DNA of 64,000 nt from an uncultured Gemmatimonadales bacterium. GTDB lineage: Bacteria; Gemmatimonadota; Gemmatimonadetes; Gemmatimonadales; GWC2-71-9. This document shows positions 10,027 through 19,176 of the stretch, piece by piece. The notes beneath the pieces are model-generated. The model was not told the DNA's origin, ran no database searches, and saw only the letters and a list, made by a program, of their open reading frames with translations. The position numbers and the translations under genes were made by a program. How positions within the stretch are numbered: the first letter of the stretch is position 1; every line of letters begins with the position of its first letter. The stretch is from positions 384,001 to 448,000 of the forward strand of contig CAWCVB010000002.1 in NCBI GenBank assembly GCA_963798915.1. The letters run 5' to 3'.

Positions 10027-11898
10027 CTACTTCCCCTTCCACGAATTGTCCCCTGGCCCCGCATCCACCCAGATCCCGCCATCGATGCTCACGGCCCGAA
10101 CCGCGCTGGATGTGCGCACCGGGATGGTTGCCGTGCCACTTTCCTGCTGCCACACCGCCGCGGTTTGGTGCAGCCGCTGAACCGATCCGTCTGCCAGCGT
10201 CACGACCAGGTCGAATGGCGCATCCATCCCGCCCACGTTCTCCACGGTAACGGCATACCCGTCACGCGTCTTCGTTACGCCCTTGACGGCGAGGTCAATG
10301 TAGCCGTTGCCAAAGTACCAGTTGGTCCAGAACCAGTCGAGCGGGCGGCCTGCGACGTTGTCGAAGGTGTAGAAGAAGTCCCAGGGTGTTGGATGCTTGC
10401 CGTGCCAGCGCTCCATGTAGGCATGCAGGCACTTCCCGAAGAGGTCGTCGCCCAGCATGTCCTTCATCGCGAGATAGCCGAGGGACGGCTTGCCGTAGGC
10501 ATTGATACCGTAGGCGGAACCGGTGAGCGCGTCGGCCGGTGTGATGATGGGCAGATCCTGTTCGGGTGCCGTGCTCCGGGCCCATCCGTTGATGCGGAAT
10601 CGCTGGTAGAGCGAGGTCGCGGCGCTGTCGCCCATGTCCTGCTGGTTGATCAGGTACTCGAAGGTGGTGGCCCAGCCTTCATCCATGAACGCGTAGCGGG
10701 TCTCGTTGATGCCCATATAGAACGGCATGTAGGTGTGGGCAATCTCGTGCGCGACCACGAACTGCGCGAACGCCGTATCGGCGTACGACTCGTCATTCGC
10801 CATCATGGGGTATTCCATCCCCGCGCCGCCCTGGAACGCCGTCATCTTCTCATACGGATAGGGCACACCCGGCCATCTGTGCGAGAGAAAATCGAGCGAG
10901 TGGCGGACGTACTTCACCATGTGGTGAAAGTCGCTCGCGCTGTCGTTGTAGGCGGCCTGGGTGCTGGCTCGGCGACCACGTTCCACCACGACGCTGGCGG
11001 CGTCCCAGTCGTAGTGGTTGCTCAGCCCAAAGGCCATGTCGGGGATGTCGCTGGCGGTGAAGTGCCAGCTGTTCCGCATGCCCTGCGTGGTGATCTTGCC
11101 GGCGCCGATGTCGGCACCGGTGGCGACGTGGATGGCGGTGTCGCTGGTGAACGACGCCTTGAACCGCGCCAGCGGCGCTGGCTGCAGCAGGCTATCGACG
11201 TTGACCAGCGTGCCGGTGCCCCAGACGACGAAGTCGGCCGGGGCGTTCACGGTCACGTCGTAGTCGTTGAAGTCGCTGTAGAACTCGTGGCCGGTATGCT
11301 CCATCCGGTCCCAGCCGTTATAGTCGTCGTACACCGCCACGCGGGGATAGAAGTAGGCCAGGTAATAGGTGGTGGAGTCAATCACCCCCTCGCGTCCCGC
11401 GCGCTCGGAAACGTCGTAATACCAGTCGAATGCCAGCTCGACCGACGCGTGCGGCGCGAGCGCGGATGGCAGGCGCACGGGCTGCCAGGTGAAGTACCGT
11501 GGCGAATCGAGCCACTTCTGTGGGTGGCCATTCACTGCAAACGACCGGATGTGCACGCCGGAGGTGAGGAAGTCGTCCGAGGCTCCCCCGGTGCGGGGCG
11601 CGCCTGGCTTGTGGGCATTACCGAACAGCCGGATCGTGAGCGTGGTGAGGGTATCGGGGCTGTTGTTGGTGTAGGTGATGCGCTCACTGCCCGAGATGAG
11701 GCGGTCCGGGGGCATCGCCGAGATGGTGATGACGTAGCTCCCGTGGTTCTGCCAATAGTGAGTGCCCGGCTTCCCGTCGAGGGAGCGGGTGCCCTCGGCA
11801 TAGGTTCGCTTGATCGCCCTGGGCATGTAGAGCGACTGGGCGGAGGCGGCGGGAGCGGCGACGAGGACCAGCATCGAGGCGAGCACAGTGCGGCGCAT
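10027..11898 (-). CDS. Secreted M1-family metallopeptidase
   Basis: GAGMEYP, HEIAH-X18-E (MDEG), AYGKP; signal peptide. Confidence 0.92.
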   Translation of the reverse strand: MRRTVLASMLVLVAAPAASAQSLYMPRAIKRTYAEGTRSLDGKPGTHYWQNHGSYVITISAMPPDRLISGSERITYTNNSPDTLTTLTIRLFGNAHKPGAPRTGGASDDFLTSGVHIRSFAVNGHPQKWLDSPRYFTWQPVRLPSALAPHASVELAFDWYYDVSERAGREGVIDSTTYYLAYFYPRVAVYDDYNGWDRMEHTGHEFYSDFNDYDVTVNAPADFVVWGTGTLVNVDSLLQPAPLARFKASFTSDTAIHVATGADIGAGKITTQGMRNSWHFTASDIPDMAFGLSNHYDWDAASVVVERGRRASTQAAYNDSASDFHHMVKYVRHSLDFLSHRWPGVPYPYEKMTAFQGGAGMEYPMMANDESYADTAFAQFVVAHEIAHTYMPFYMGINETRYAFMDEGWATTFEYLINQQDMGDSAATSLYQRFRINGWARSTAPEQDLPIITPADALTGSAYGINAYGKPSLGYLAMKDMLGDDLFGKCLHAYMERWHGKHPTPWDFFYTFDNVAGRPLDWFWTNWYFGNGYIDLAVKGVTKTRDGYAVTVENVGGMDAPFDLVVTLADGSVQRLHQTAAVWQQESGTATIPVRTSSAVRAVSIDGGIWVDAGPGDNSWKGK

Positions 11899-12000
11899 GG
11901 CAGCGGGTTCCTTGATGTACGGGGGCTGAGGTTCCAACATAACCCGTACGGAGAGCCTTGCGGAAAGTGCCAGCGGCGACTGCATGCGAGAGCACGCAAG

Positions 12001-12226
12001 GGTCGTCGGTCTTCGGTCTTCGGTCGTCGGTCGTCGGTCTTAGGTCGAGAGTCGAGAAGGTGTGTCATCCCGAGCGAGCAGGGCGAGTGAGGGATCTACT
12101 CGTCCTGTCCCGACGCTGGCCAGTAGATCCCTCGCTTTGCTCGGGATGACATATCACTACGTTCGTCCTGCCCGTCCTGCCCGTCCTGCCCGTCCTGCCC
12201 GTCCTGCCCGTCCTGCCCGTCCTGCC
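12001..12226. repeat. Heptamer array, REP-like palindrome (12063-12151) and (CGTCCTGCC)x7
   Basis: GGTCGTC/GGTCTTC units; TGTCATCCCGAGC..GGGATCTAC / GTAGATCCC..GCTCGGGATGACA; nonamer at 12164-12226. Confidence 0.88.
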
Positions 12227-12397
12227 GCTGGTTGCCGCAAAGGAGAGGGTTTCTCCCGCCAGGAGCAGCGCCAGCACGCCACCGGCCAACCCAAGTGGGA
12301 TCACCGAGGCCACGATCAGCGTCGAACGAAAAGTGCGGAACTCGAGCACCAGTATGGCCAGTATCGCAAAGGTGGCCACGATGATGGCGCCGCCCAT
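12227..12397 (-). pseudogene. Internal fragment of an AcrB-type RND permease
   Basis: ILVLEFRTFRSTLIVASVIPLGLAGGVLALLLAGETLSF, ending at the nonamer repeat. Confidence 0.7.
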
Positions 12398-12562
12398 GTC
12401 CCGTCGCAGGTCGAATCCTGGCATTGATCAATGGCCAGGCGGCGAATAACGTGCGATTGCTGTATGCCCCGCAGTCAGGGGCCTTCCTGCAGACTTGAAT
12501 TGGCGGGGCCGGCCAGCGCCGGTCGGTGCAGCGGGCGCACCGGTCCCTTCGGGGGCAGTGAC

Positions 12563-13054
12563 ATGACTATGAACAGGGCGGGCGCACTCCCGCTACGACT
12601 GATGCTGGGGATCGGGTTCATCATCCATGGCCTTCCCAAGTTCGGCGCGGGGCACCAGATGTTCCTGGCTTCGCTGCAGGGCATGGGGCTCCCGCAACCC
12701 GAACTCACCGCATGGCTGATCGCCGTGCTCGAGGTCGGTGGCGGCTTGCTGCTGCTGGTTGGCTATCAGGTGCGCATCGTGGCGATACTGTTCAGCATCG
12801 AGATGCTCGTCGCCATCATCAAGGTGCACGCACCCAGCGGCTTCAACGCCGTCAACATTACCAGTACGGGACCCAACGGCGTGACCTTCGGCATGCCCGG
12901 CTTCGAGTTTCCCCTGCTGTACCTGGCGATGCTCGTCTCGCTGACATTGAGCGGGGCCGGGTCGCTCTCACTGGATGAGCGGACGACGCAGCTGGCGCCG
13001 CCAAGGCGGGAGCGCGCTTCCGGCGAGCCCATGACGGCGGGCGCTGGAAGATAG
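12563..13054 (+). CDS. DoxX-family membrane protein
   Basis: LRLMLG..FIIHGLPK, EVGGG, GFEFPL, GAGSLSLD. Confidence 0.9.
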   Translation: MTMNRAGALPLRLMLGIGFIIHGLPKFGAGHQMFLASLQGMGLPQPELTAWLIAVLEVGGGLLLLVGYQVRIVAILFSIEMLVAIIKVHAPSGFNAVNITSTGPNGVTFGMPGFEFPLLYLAMLVSLTLSGAGSLSLDERTTQLAPPRRERASGEPMTAGAGR

Positions 13055-13149
13055 GAGGCCGAACCGGTGGCGCTGAACCGCATCGGGCCTCCGCACCGCG
13101 AAGCTTGCTTTGCTCGCTTGACACCGGCCTGCGGTGAGGCGACACACGC

Positions 13150-13500
13150 TCAAGGTCTGCCTCGCCAACCACGCACCATGCCGACCCCCAGAAGCATGCC
13201 GACGCCCGCAAGCGAACAGATCAGCACCGGCGTTACGGCCGTGTGCAGGTTGATGACGGCGATCGGAGCGGCCACTGCGAATCCGATGATGCCGCCAGCC
13301 AACGCCCCGCGGCGATCTTCGGACGCGAGCCATCGCAGCCTGGTGACGACGACCACGGCGGCGCCAACTCCGATGGCGCCTCCGACGATTGCTCCGGCGA
13401 AGAGCCCGGGCTTGCCTGCTGCGTTCCCAAGAATGGAACCGATGACGGCACCCAGGCCGGCGAACCCCCAGGCAGCGATGAACACGAGGATGGGTCTCAA
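13150..13500 (-). CDS. Small glycine-rich membrane protein
   Basis: Four hydrophobic helices. Confidence 0.65.
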   Translation of the reverse strand: MRPILVFIAAWGFAGLGAVIGSILGNAAGKPGLFAGAIVGGAIGVGAAVVVVTRLRWLASEDRRGALAGGIIGFAVAAPIAVINLHTAVTPVLICSLAGVGMLLGVGMVRGWRGRP

Positions 13501-13602
13501 GCGTCTTGCCTCGCTCCGGAAGTGGCGTGTTCGCCTAGCGCGCCAGTCGACTAGGAAAGCTCATTATCCCTGCACGCGCCTGAAACGTCGAATCCACCAA
13601 CA

Positions 13603-13959
13603 TCACACCGCGCTGCTGGTTCGGACCTTCAGTATAGACGATGTATGATGGACCAAGAAAAAGGCCTGCAAACCGGAAACTGCCCAGCCGGGGTCACGAG
13701 GCACATTGCCGGCGATGCGTGCGCAGAGGCTCGAGTCTGCCACTGGCGTGATCGAAGTGGGGATCGAATCGAGGCCAGAGTCTTGGAGGAGTTGCCCGAA
13801 TGCAGAATCCCCGACCGCTGCGGTGACATACGCGCGCCATGCTGAGGGTGCAATGTCAGGCGCCGGGCAGATCGTCCGTGTTGGCGCGACAGGTGCCGGC
13901 GCGACGCAGGCAGCGTTGATCATGAGAACGGCGAGAAGGCAACGGTCGGGCGTGGGCAT
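13603..13959 (-). CDS. Putative lipoprotein, probable second (truncated) cassette gene
   Basis: Lipobox-like INAAC; starts ~25 bp after the attC R' box. Confidence 0.5.
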   Translation of the reverse strand: MPTPDRCLLAVLMINAACVAPAPVAPTRTICPAPDIAPSAWRAYVTAAVGDSAFGQLLQDSGLDSIPTSITPVADSSLCARIAGNVPRDPGWAVSGLQAFFLVHHTSSILKVRTSSAV

Positions 13960-13981
13960 ATGCTATACCTGCCTAGCTGCG

Positions 13982-14077
13982 GTCTAACGCCACGGTTCAG
14001 CTGCAGACGCATCAAATATGAGCGCGCGCAGCGCGCAATCAATAGCGCGGATGTCAGACTGCAACCGTTTGTTAGGT
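13982..14077 (-). mobile_element. attC: Integron attC site
   Basis: Minus strand: R'' ACCTAAC, 5 bp, L'' GTTGCAGT ... L' GCTGAAC, 6 bp, R' GTTAGAC; palindromic centre. Confidence 0.88.
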
Positions 14078-14922
14078 GGCGCTTTGGCGAGACGTGTGTT
14101 CAACCGGTTTTGGATCTTCGTTTGGCGAGCAAGTCCTCGCGAGCTTTGGTAACGTAGGGGGAACAGTCGTTACTCTGGCGAGCGCCTCAGACGTTTCAAG
14201 ATAGAAGTCTAGCTCTGCGGGTCACTGTCTCTCCTGTTGAGCAGCCAGGAAAGATTGAAGAGTGCTTCCGCCATGCGTTTGTAGAAGGCCTCGCGAAAGG
14301 TCTGCGCTGAGTCGGAGCCAGCGAAGAACTCGACATCGCCACCGGGGATGTCGAATACGTACTCCTTGTTCAGCCGTGACGCGATTCCCTTTAGCGCGGC
14401 AGTGCGTCTTCCTGAATGAGGTGCGCAGCAATCGCTGTTGATGCTTTATCATCGTGCGCTCGCAGCGAGACAACCTTGTGGCAGAGCAAGCGGTATCCTT
14501 CTGCGTCGTTGCCAGGACGATAGTGTCGATCAAATTGCTCGACCAGGACGAGCTTCAACTTTCTGTAGCGCCCGCGATTCGATAGGAGTGCCGGAAGAAA
14601 GCGCGCAGAATAGAGATCCAGGCTGAGCGTCGCCTGGTCTACGACGCCTACGTAGTAAGGAATCTCAAGGCGGGCGAGAGATGCCAGTTGCGGGACAATG
14701 TCTATTGGACTTCCGCGAACTCTTGACTTGAACGGCGAATCGAGCGCGGGAACCAATACCGGAACTCCATTGTGCGATTGATGCGCGTAGAGCGTGCAGA
14801 ACAGATCGGTGCCAATGTCATCTGCTACCGTTATCGGGCTTCTCGACAAAGGCGACTTTGGAGAGCAAGAACGTTGCGAGGTGCTCATTCTCCCAGCCCG
14901 GGTGCGTATTGGCGAGTGCCAT
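14072..14922 (-). pseudogene. Frameshifted PD-(D/E)XK nuclease cassette gene (DUF4365-like)
   Basis: Across frames: GWENEHLATFLLS, PITVADDIGTDLFCTL, RFAVQVKS; lower GC; runs toward the TAA in the attC R'' box. Confidence 0.65.
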
Positions 14923-14958
14923 GGTGCCTTCACATGGAGCATGCGACGATCTTCGGCC

Positions 14959-15010
14959 GCCTAACAAGTATTCGACTGCGAACCCGCAGCCTGAGCCAGC
15001 TCCCGTACTA
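14959..15010 (-). mobile_element. Cassette core site / attI-like site
   Basis: GTCGAATACTT-GTTAGGC just upstream of the cassette gene; no inverse R'' box seen, so not an attC. Confidence 0.5.
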
Positions 15011-15244
15011 TACGGGCCGCTGTCTCGTCCCGAAAGATTGCAAGGTCCTTGATCTTGTGGACGGCTGCCAGGCCGCCGACCGCGATCCGGGCGACGCGGC
15101 TCCAGCAAGCCTCCGTTGAATCGGCACTCATGTTGCACCAGATCTTCAGCGCTGATACCGTGAAGACCCGGGGCCGTCTGTCACCCAATGTCCGACTGGC
15201 GCGCCCCGGCAGCCGCCCAGCACTCTTGCCATAGGACGTGGAGC

Positions 15245-16192
15245 ATGGAACGTCGGCGTCTGTCCCGCCGCCGGTTGCTTCTGCCGCTCGTGCTCGTGGC
15301 GCTCACTGCGCCGGCACCGGCCATGGCCCAGGGCCATCCGGTCGCGAGCAGCCTGGCGCTCCCGCTGGGCGACGGCCGGGTGACCGACCATCCTGAAATC
15401 GGGAACGTTTACGCCTGCCGGTCCACCTTTCGGGCCGGTGGTGCGCGTCACGACGGTCCCTGGTTCGACGGGAAGAGCTGGGATCCCACCCGAAAGCCGC
15501 ACGTGAGCGGCCAGGTCATGTGGCCCGACGCGAGGTTCAGCCTCACGCCAGATGGTGAGGCGCTCACGTTCAAGGGCAACGGGCTCCCGGTGCACGAGCC
15601 CACCGGGGTATTTCCCATCGCACCCACTGATCCGGTCTATCGCTACGACACCAATCCGAACCACATCGGGGCCCAGCGCCTCGACTTCCGCATCCCAGCC
15701 GAACCCGTCGTCAGCTCCCACGCCACCTGCCTGCCCATGGGGATGATCGGCTTCAGCGTCACCGGCGTGGCCTTCTACAACGCCCTCGACGACGCCGGAC
15801 GCGACGCCGCGGCGCACGAGATCCAGGACACCTGCGACGGCCACCCGCAAGCCAATGCGCAGTACCACTATCACAACGCCTCGCCATGCATTCCGGGTGT
15901 CGATGGCGCCGGCCTGGTGGGATGGGCGCTCGATGGGTTCCCGATCCTGGGCATGAAGGACCATGATGGCGCCACGCTCACCGATGCCGACCTCGACGAC
16001 TGCCATGGTCGTCCCGAGCAGGTCATCCTCGACGGGCGCTCCTACGACTACGCCTATCACGTCACGCGCGAATATCCATACACGCTCGGCTGCTTCTCCG
16101 GCGCGCTGCTCGACTCCACGCTCCGGTCCGTGCGCTCGGGCCTGCAACCCTCGCGACGCGGGAGCCGGGGCAGGCAAGGCTTGAACAGATAG
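15245..16192 (+). CDS. YHYH-domain exported protein
   Basis: QYHYH, LVGWALDGFPI, LDDCHG, YPYTLGCF. Confidence 0.85.
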   Translation: MERRRLSRRRLLLPLVLVALTAPAPAMAQGHPVASSLALPLGDGRVTDHPEIGNVYACRSTFRAGGARHDGPWFDGKSWDPTRKPHVSGQVMWPDARFSLTPDGEALTFKGNGLPVHEPTGVFPIAPTDPVYRYDTNPNHIGAQRLDFRIPAEPVVSSHATCLPMGMIGFSVTGVAFYNALDDAGRDAAAHEIQDTCDGHPQANAQYHYHNASPCIPGVDGAGLVGWALDGFPILGMKDHDGATLTDADLDDCHGRPEQVILDGRSYDYAYHVTREYPYTLGCFSGALLDSTLRSVRSGLQPSRRGSRGRQGLNR

Positions 16193-16318
16193 GCACCGGC
16201 CGGGAACTCGGGCACGGCTCGGGCGGCGTCGCTGGGCCGTTCGATCCCTGGCGCAGTCAACGACCGGAGCATGAGCACCGCGATGGCTGCGGTCACCAAC
16301 GCGCCCGCCAGGCTGGGA

Positions 16319-16711
16319 TCAGTGGTGATGCGCGCCGAGCGCGTCGGCCATCAGGTGAGCGGCAGGGGCATCGCTGTCGAACACCATGAAGGTCGACGCA
16401 ATCTGACCCTCGCGCACCGTATGCCACTCGCTGATGGCCATGGTCGCGGCATCCTCCGCGGTCCCGATCTCGATGTCATAGAGCGTCGACACCTGATTCC
16501 CGTCCGCCCATTGCCGGAGGATCCTGAACTCGCGAATGAAGCGGGCCTTCTCCTCCGCGCCGCCAAAGTATTCTGCCTTGCCGCCCGTGCCCTGCTGCAG
16601 CGGCGCCCGAAAGGAAAAATCGTCACGCACCAGGGAGGAAGCCCTCTCCATGTCTCCCGACATGAACGCCTCCAGGAAATTGCTGACGATATGTGCTGGA
16701 CTGCTTGACAT
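16319..16711 (-). CDS. SnoaL/NTF2-like protein
   Basis: FLEAFMSGD, VREGQIAS..FD. Confidence 0.8.
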   Translation of the reverse strand: MSSSPAHIVSNFLEAFMSGDMERASSLVRDDFSFRAPLQQGTGGKAEYFGGAEEKARFIREFRILRQWADGNQVSTLYDIEIGTAEDAATMAISEWHTVREGQIASTFMVFDSDAPAAHLMADALGAHHH

Positions 16712-16741
16712 GTACACCTCGCGAACTTTTCGCTGAAGATT

Positions 16742-17353
16742 CTACCCCTGCAGGACTCGGCTGAATTCGCTCCCATCGCGCGAGCCGACCACGAACCGGC
16801 CAATGACGCCAATGGCGCTCAGGATGCCGACGAGGGTCAGGACACCGACCGCAGCCAGTGCGCTGATGATGAACCGGCGCCGGGCCGTCGCAGAGCCGAG
16901 CCCACGCCAGCCGATTGCGCCCCACAGCATCCCCTGCACGAAGAACCACGGTTCATTCAGGAAGACGTCCTGGAGACCTGACCGGCGCCGGTCAATTGTC
17001 GTAAAGAAGGGAAACTCCATGGGCAGCCGCCCGGCAAGGCTGAGTATGCGGGTTGTTTCATCCACCAGCGCGTGCATCACGCAGCCCACGGCGATGATCC
17101 ACGCGACGCCGACCAGCGCCATGCGCGCGCGCGGCCAGCGCCACAGCAGTGGCAGCGCCGCCGCGAGCGCTGCCACCAGCACCAGCAGGACCGCGGCGAC
17201 CCCGTTGACGAAGCGCCATTGCTCCCAGGATACCGGCGTGCCGAAGATCCCGAACCTGCCGCCCAGCGCGTAGTAACCGCGATAGGCCGCATAGAGCAGT
17301 GCCCAGCCGCAGGCGAGCCATGCGAGCCAGGATGACTCATGACTACCCACCAT
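16742..17353 (-). CDS. DUF3995-like membrane protein
   Basis: WALLYAAYRGYYALGG, NEPWFFVQG; start uncertain. Confidence 0.65.
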   Translation of the reverse strand: MVGSHESSWLAWLACGWALLYAAYRGYYALGGRFGIFGTPVSWEQWRFVNGVAAVLLVLVAALAAALPLLWRWPRARMALVGVAWIIAVGCVMHALVDETTRILSLAGRLPMEFPFFTTIDRRRSGLQDVFLNEPWFFVQGMLWGAIGWRGLGSATARRRFIISALAAVGVLTLVGILSAIGVIGRFVVGSRDGSEFSRVLQG

Positions 17354-17792
17354 GCTGGGCGGAGCGGGGTCGCGCCAGGATGAGTCCAACCAGCGACAGC
17401 AGCAGGAGCAGCAGGAACAATGGCCGCATCGGCCCGGGGGCGCCGACACCGCTCAGCACGACGGCCAGGATGAGCATCGGAGTCGTCCACCAGACCTGCC
17501 AGACCCAGCGGTCTCCGGTGCGGTAGCCTCGCACGCCGCTCACGGCGAGCCAGATGCCCCACGCCAGCAAGGCAATAGCCTCGTGCCGGGACAGCAGTGA
17601 GACCAGCCGGCCGACGCCGGGCTGTGCGCTACGGAGCTGGTCCCAATTCAGGCCGGTCAGGCGTGGTACCACGGCGAGATTTCCCGGAGCGGCGCTGATG
17701 AGGCCCTTGATCCCGAAGGCCAGCGGCACCAGCGCCACCAGTCCGAGCATCATCCAGCCATACGATTCGCGTCGGCTTCCCGGCATGGTCAT
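17343..17792 (-). CDS. Hypothetical membrane protein
   Basis: Four hydrophobic helices; AGGAG RBS. Confidence 0.65.
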   Translation of the reverse strand: MTMPGSRRESYGWMMLGLVALVPLAFGIKGLISAAPGNLAVVPRLTGLNWDQLRSAQPGVGRLVSLLSRHEAIALLAWGIWLAVSGVRGYRTGDRWVWQVWWTTPMLILAVVLSGVGAPGPMRPLFLLLLLLSLVGLILARPRSAQHGG

Positions 17793-17844
17793 CTCCTGAC
17801 CGGCGTCCCTTGCGTGTCCGCCCTTCGTCAGCCCCCACGCGGCA

Positions 17845-18212
17845 TCAGTCGGCCGAGCCAGCTGATGATGACTCCACGGTGGCCTGGCAGGCGCGTCTCG
17901 GATCGCATCTCTCCACGCATTCCGGGAGTGCGATGCACTGGCACGACATCAAGGCATCGAGCACGGCCAGCATCCCACTGGCCCGCTCCATCCGACGTTC
18001 AACTTCTTCCCGTTTCTTCCCGGCCAGGAGCTGCCACCGTTCCTGGGCCGGCGTGGCCCCGTCGAATCCTGCCAGCAGGTGGCGGATTTCGGCGATGGTG
18101 AATCCGGCATCCTGCGCCAGGCGAATGAGGTCGAGCAGGGCGATGACGGTCCGGTCATAGCGCCGCTGCCCGCCCACGCGCTCGGGCGGCGGCACCAGTC
18201 CGACGCTCTCAT
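17845..18212 (-). pseudogene. SoxR/MerR-family regulator lacking the N-terminal HTH
   Basis: ESVGLVPPPERVGGQRRYD, AQDAGFTIAEI, CQC...C; ATG at 18212 is out of frame. Confidence 0.8.
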
Positions 18213-18219
18213 GCGCCCC

Positions 18220-18250
18220 TTGCCTTCAAGTGCACTTGAACGTTTAACGT
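18220..18250 (+). promoter_or_regulatory. MerR/SoxR-type promoter with operator
   Basis: TTGCCT, 19-bp spacer, TAACGT; perfect palindrome TTCAAGTGCACTTGAA at 18225-18240. Confidence 0.8.
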
Positions 18251-18678
18251 CGCTGCAGATGGGCCGCAACCACGATGGATGCGTCTCCACATGCCAGCCT
18301 CCAGCAGGAGAGAAAAGGGTGACTGACGGACGAATCGGGACGCCAGAGCGGCAGCCCGCGCCGAAGCCGTCACCATGAGCAGCGAGCGAAGGCGTCCGCT
18401 CAATATCGTCCGGGATCCAGAGCTTGCGGTCGGCGCGTTCTGCGACCTGCCACCTGCCGGCCTGAGAACCGCCAGGCGTACCTGCGAGAGGTCGCAGCGC
18501 TGGCCTCGAGCGTGCGCGCATTCGCCCATGGCGTCGTCCTGCCGGCGCGTCGGAAGAAATCGTGAAGCGGAATCCATCGGGGTCCCGAAGGCGGATCATG
18601 CGTGCGCCCGAGAGAACAACAGTCGCGACCGCGCCATGCAAGGTCCTTCGTGCAAGCAGGGCCCAGCGGAGTCGTGCG

Positions 18679-19035
18679 CTAGGAGCCGGTTCCGAGTGGC
18701 GGAGCGGCCGGCGCGACCCCCGGGCATTCACCGGGCGCTCTCGGCCGCATCTCGATGACATCGCGAACGTCCAGGAAATGCCGGCCGCCATAGATGCTGC
18801 CGGAATCCCGCTGCACCGCGCGGAGCCGGACGAAAACCGGCTGCCGGGCCGAGTCGGCCATCGCCTCGAATCTGGCCGAGAGCGCCGAGTCCCGGACCCG
18901 CATGATCATTGTGGCGTCATCGCAGGGAAAGAATACGCCGGCGCTGTCCTGGCTCAGGTAGAGCCCACGAACCTCTGTTGGACGGTGACATGCCGCCAGC
19001 AGGCCGACCAGCAGGATTGTCGAACATGAACGCAT
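18679..19035 (-). CDS. Putative lipoprotein
   Basis: LLAAC lipobox; GGGAGG RBS. Confidence 0.65.
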   Translation of the reverse strand: MRSCSTILLVGLLAACHRPTEVRGLYLSQDSAGVFFPCDDATMIMRVRDSALSARFEAMADSARQPVFVRLRAVQRDSGSIYGGRHFLDVRDVIEMRPRAPGECPGVAPAAPPLGTGS

Positions 19036-19176
19036 GGGAACCTCCCTGGCGGCAGCAGATCAGCAGGGGCGGGTGAATGTCCACACGTCAATGTTCATTG
19101 CCAGCCCGGCCGGCGCCAGTGCCGCGGGCCGCAGTGCGCGCGTGCCGTCAGCGGATGACGTAATCCTCAAGCCAAC

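Noticed and set aside
10165..12090. Long antisense ORFs (also 40061-42133, 2184-3359, 26854-28323)
   Set aside because: Shadow frames of well-supported genes in high-GC DNA, with no motifs
12065..12226. GRT/RPA tripeptide-repeat proteins
   Set aside because: Translations of the nonamer DNA repeat and REP, not plausible genes
15010..15245. Possible integron integrase remnant
   Set aside because: No tyrosine recombinase motif recognisable in the translated frames
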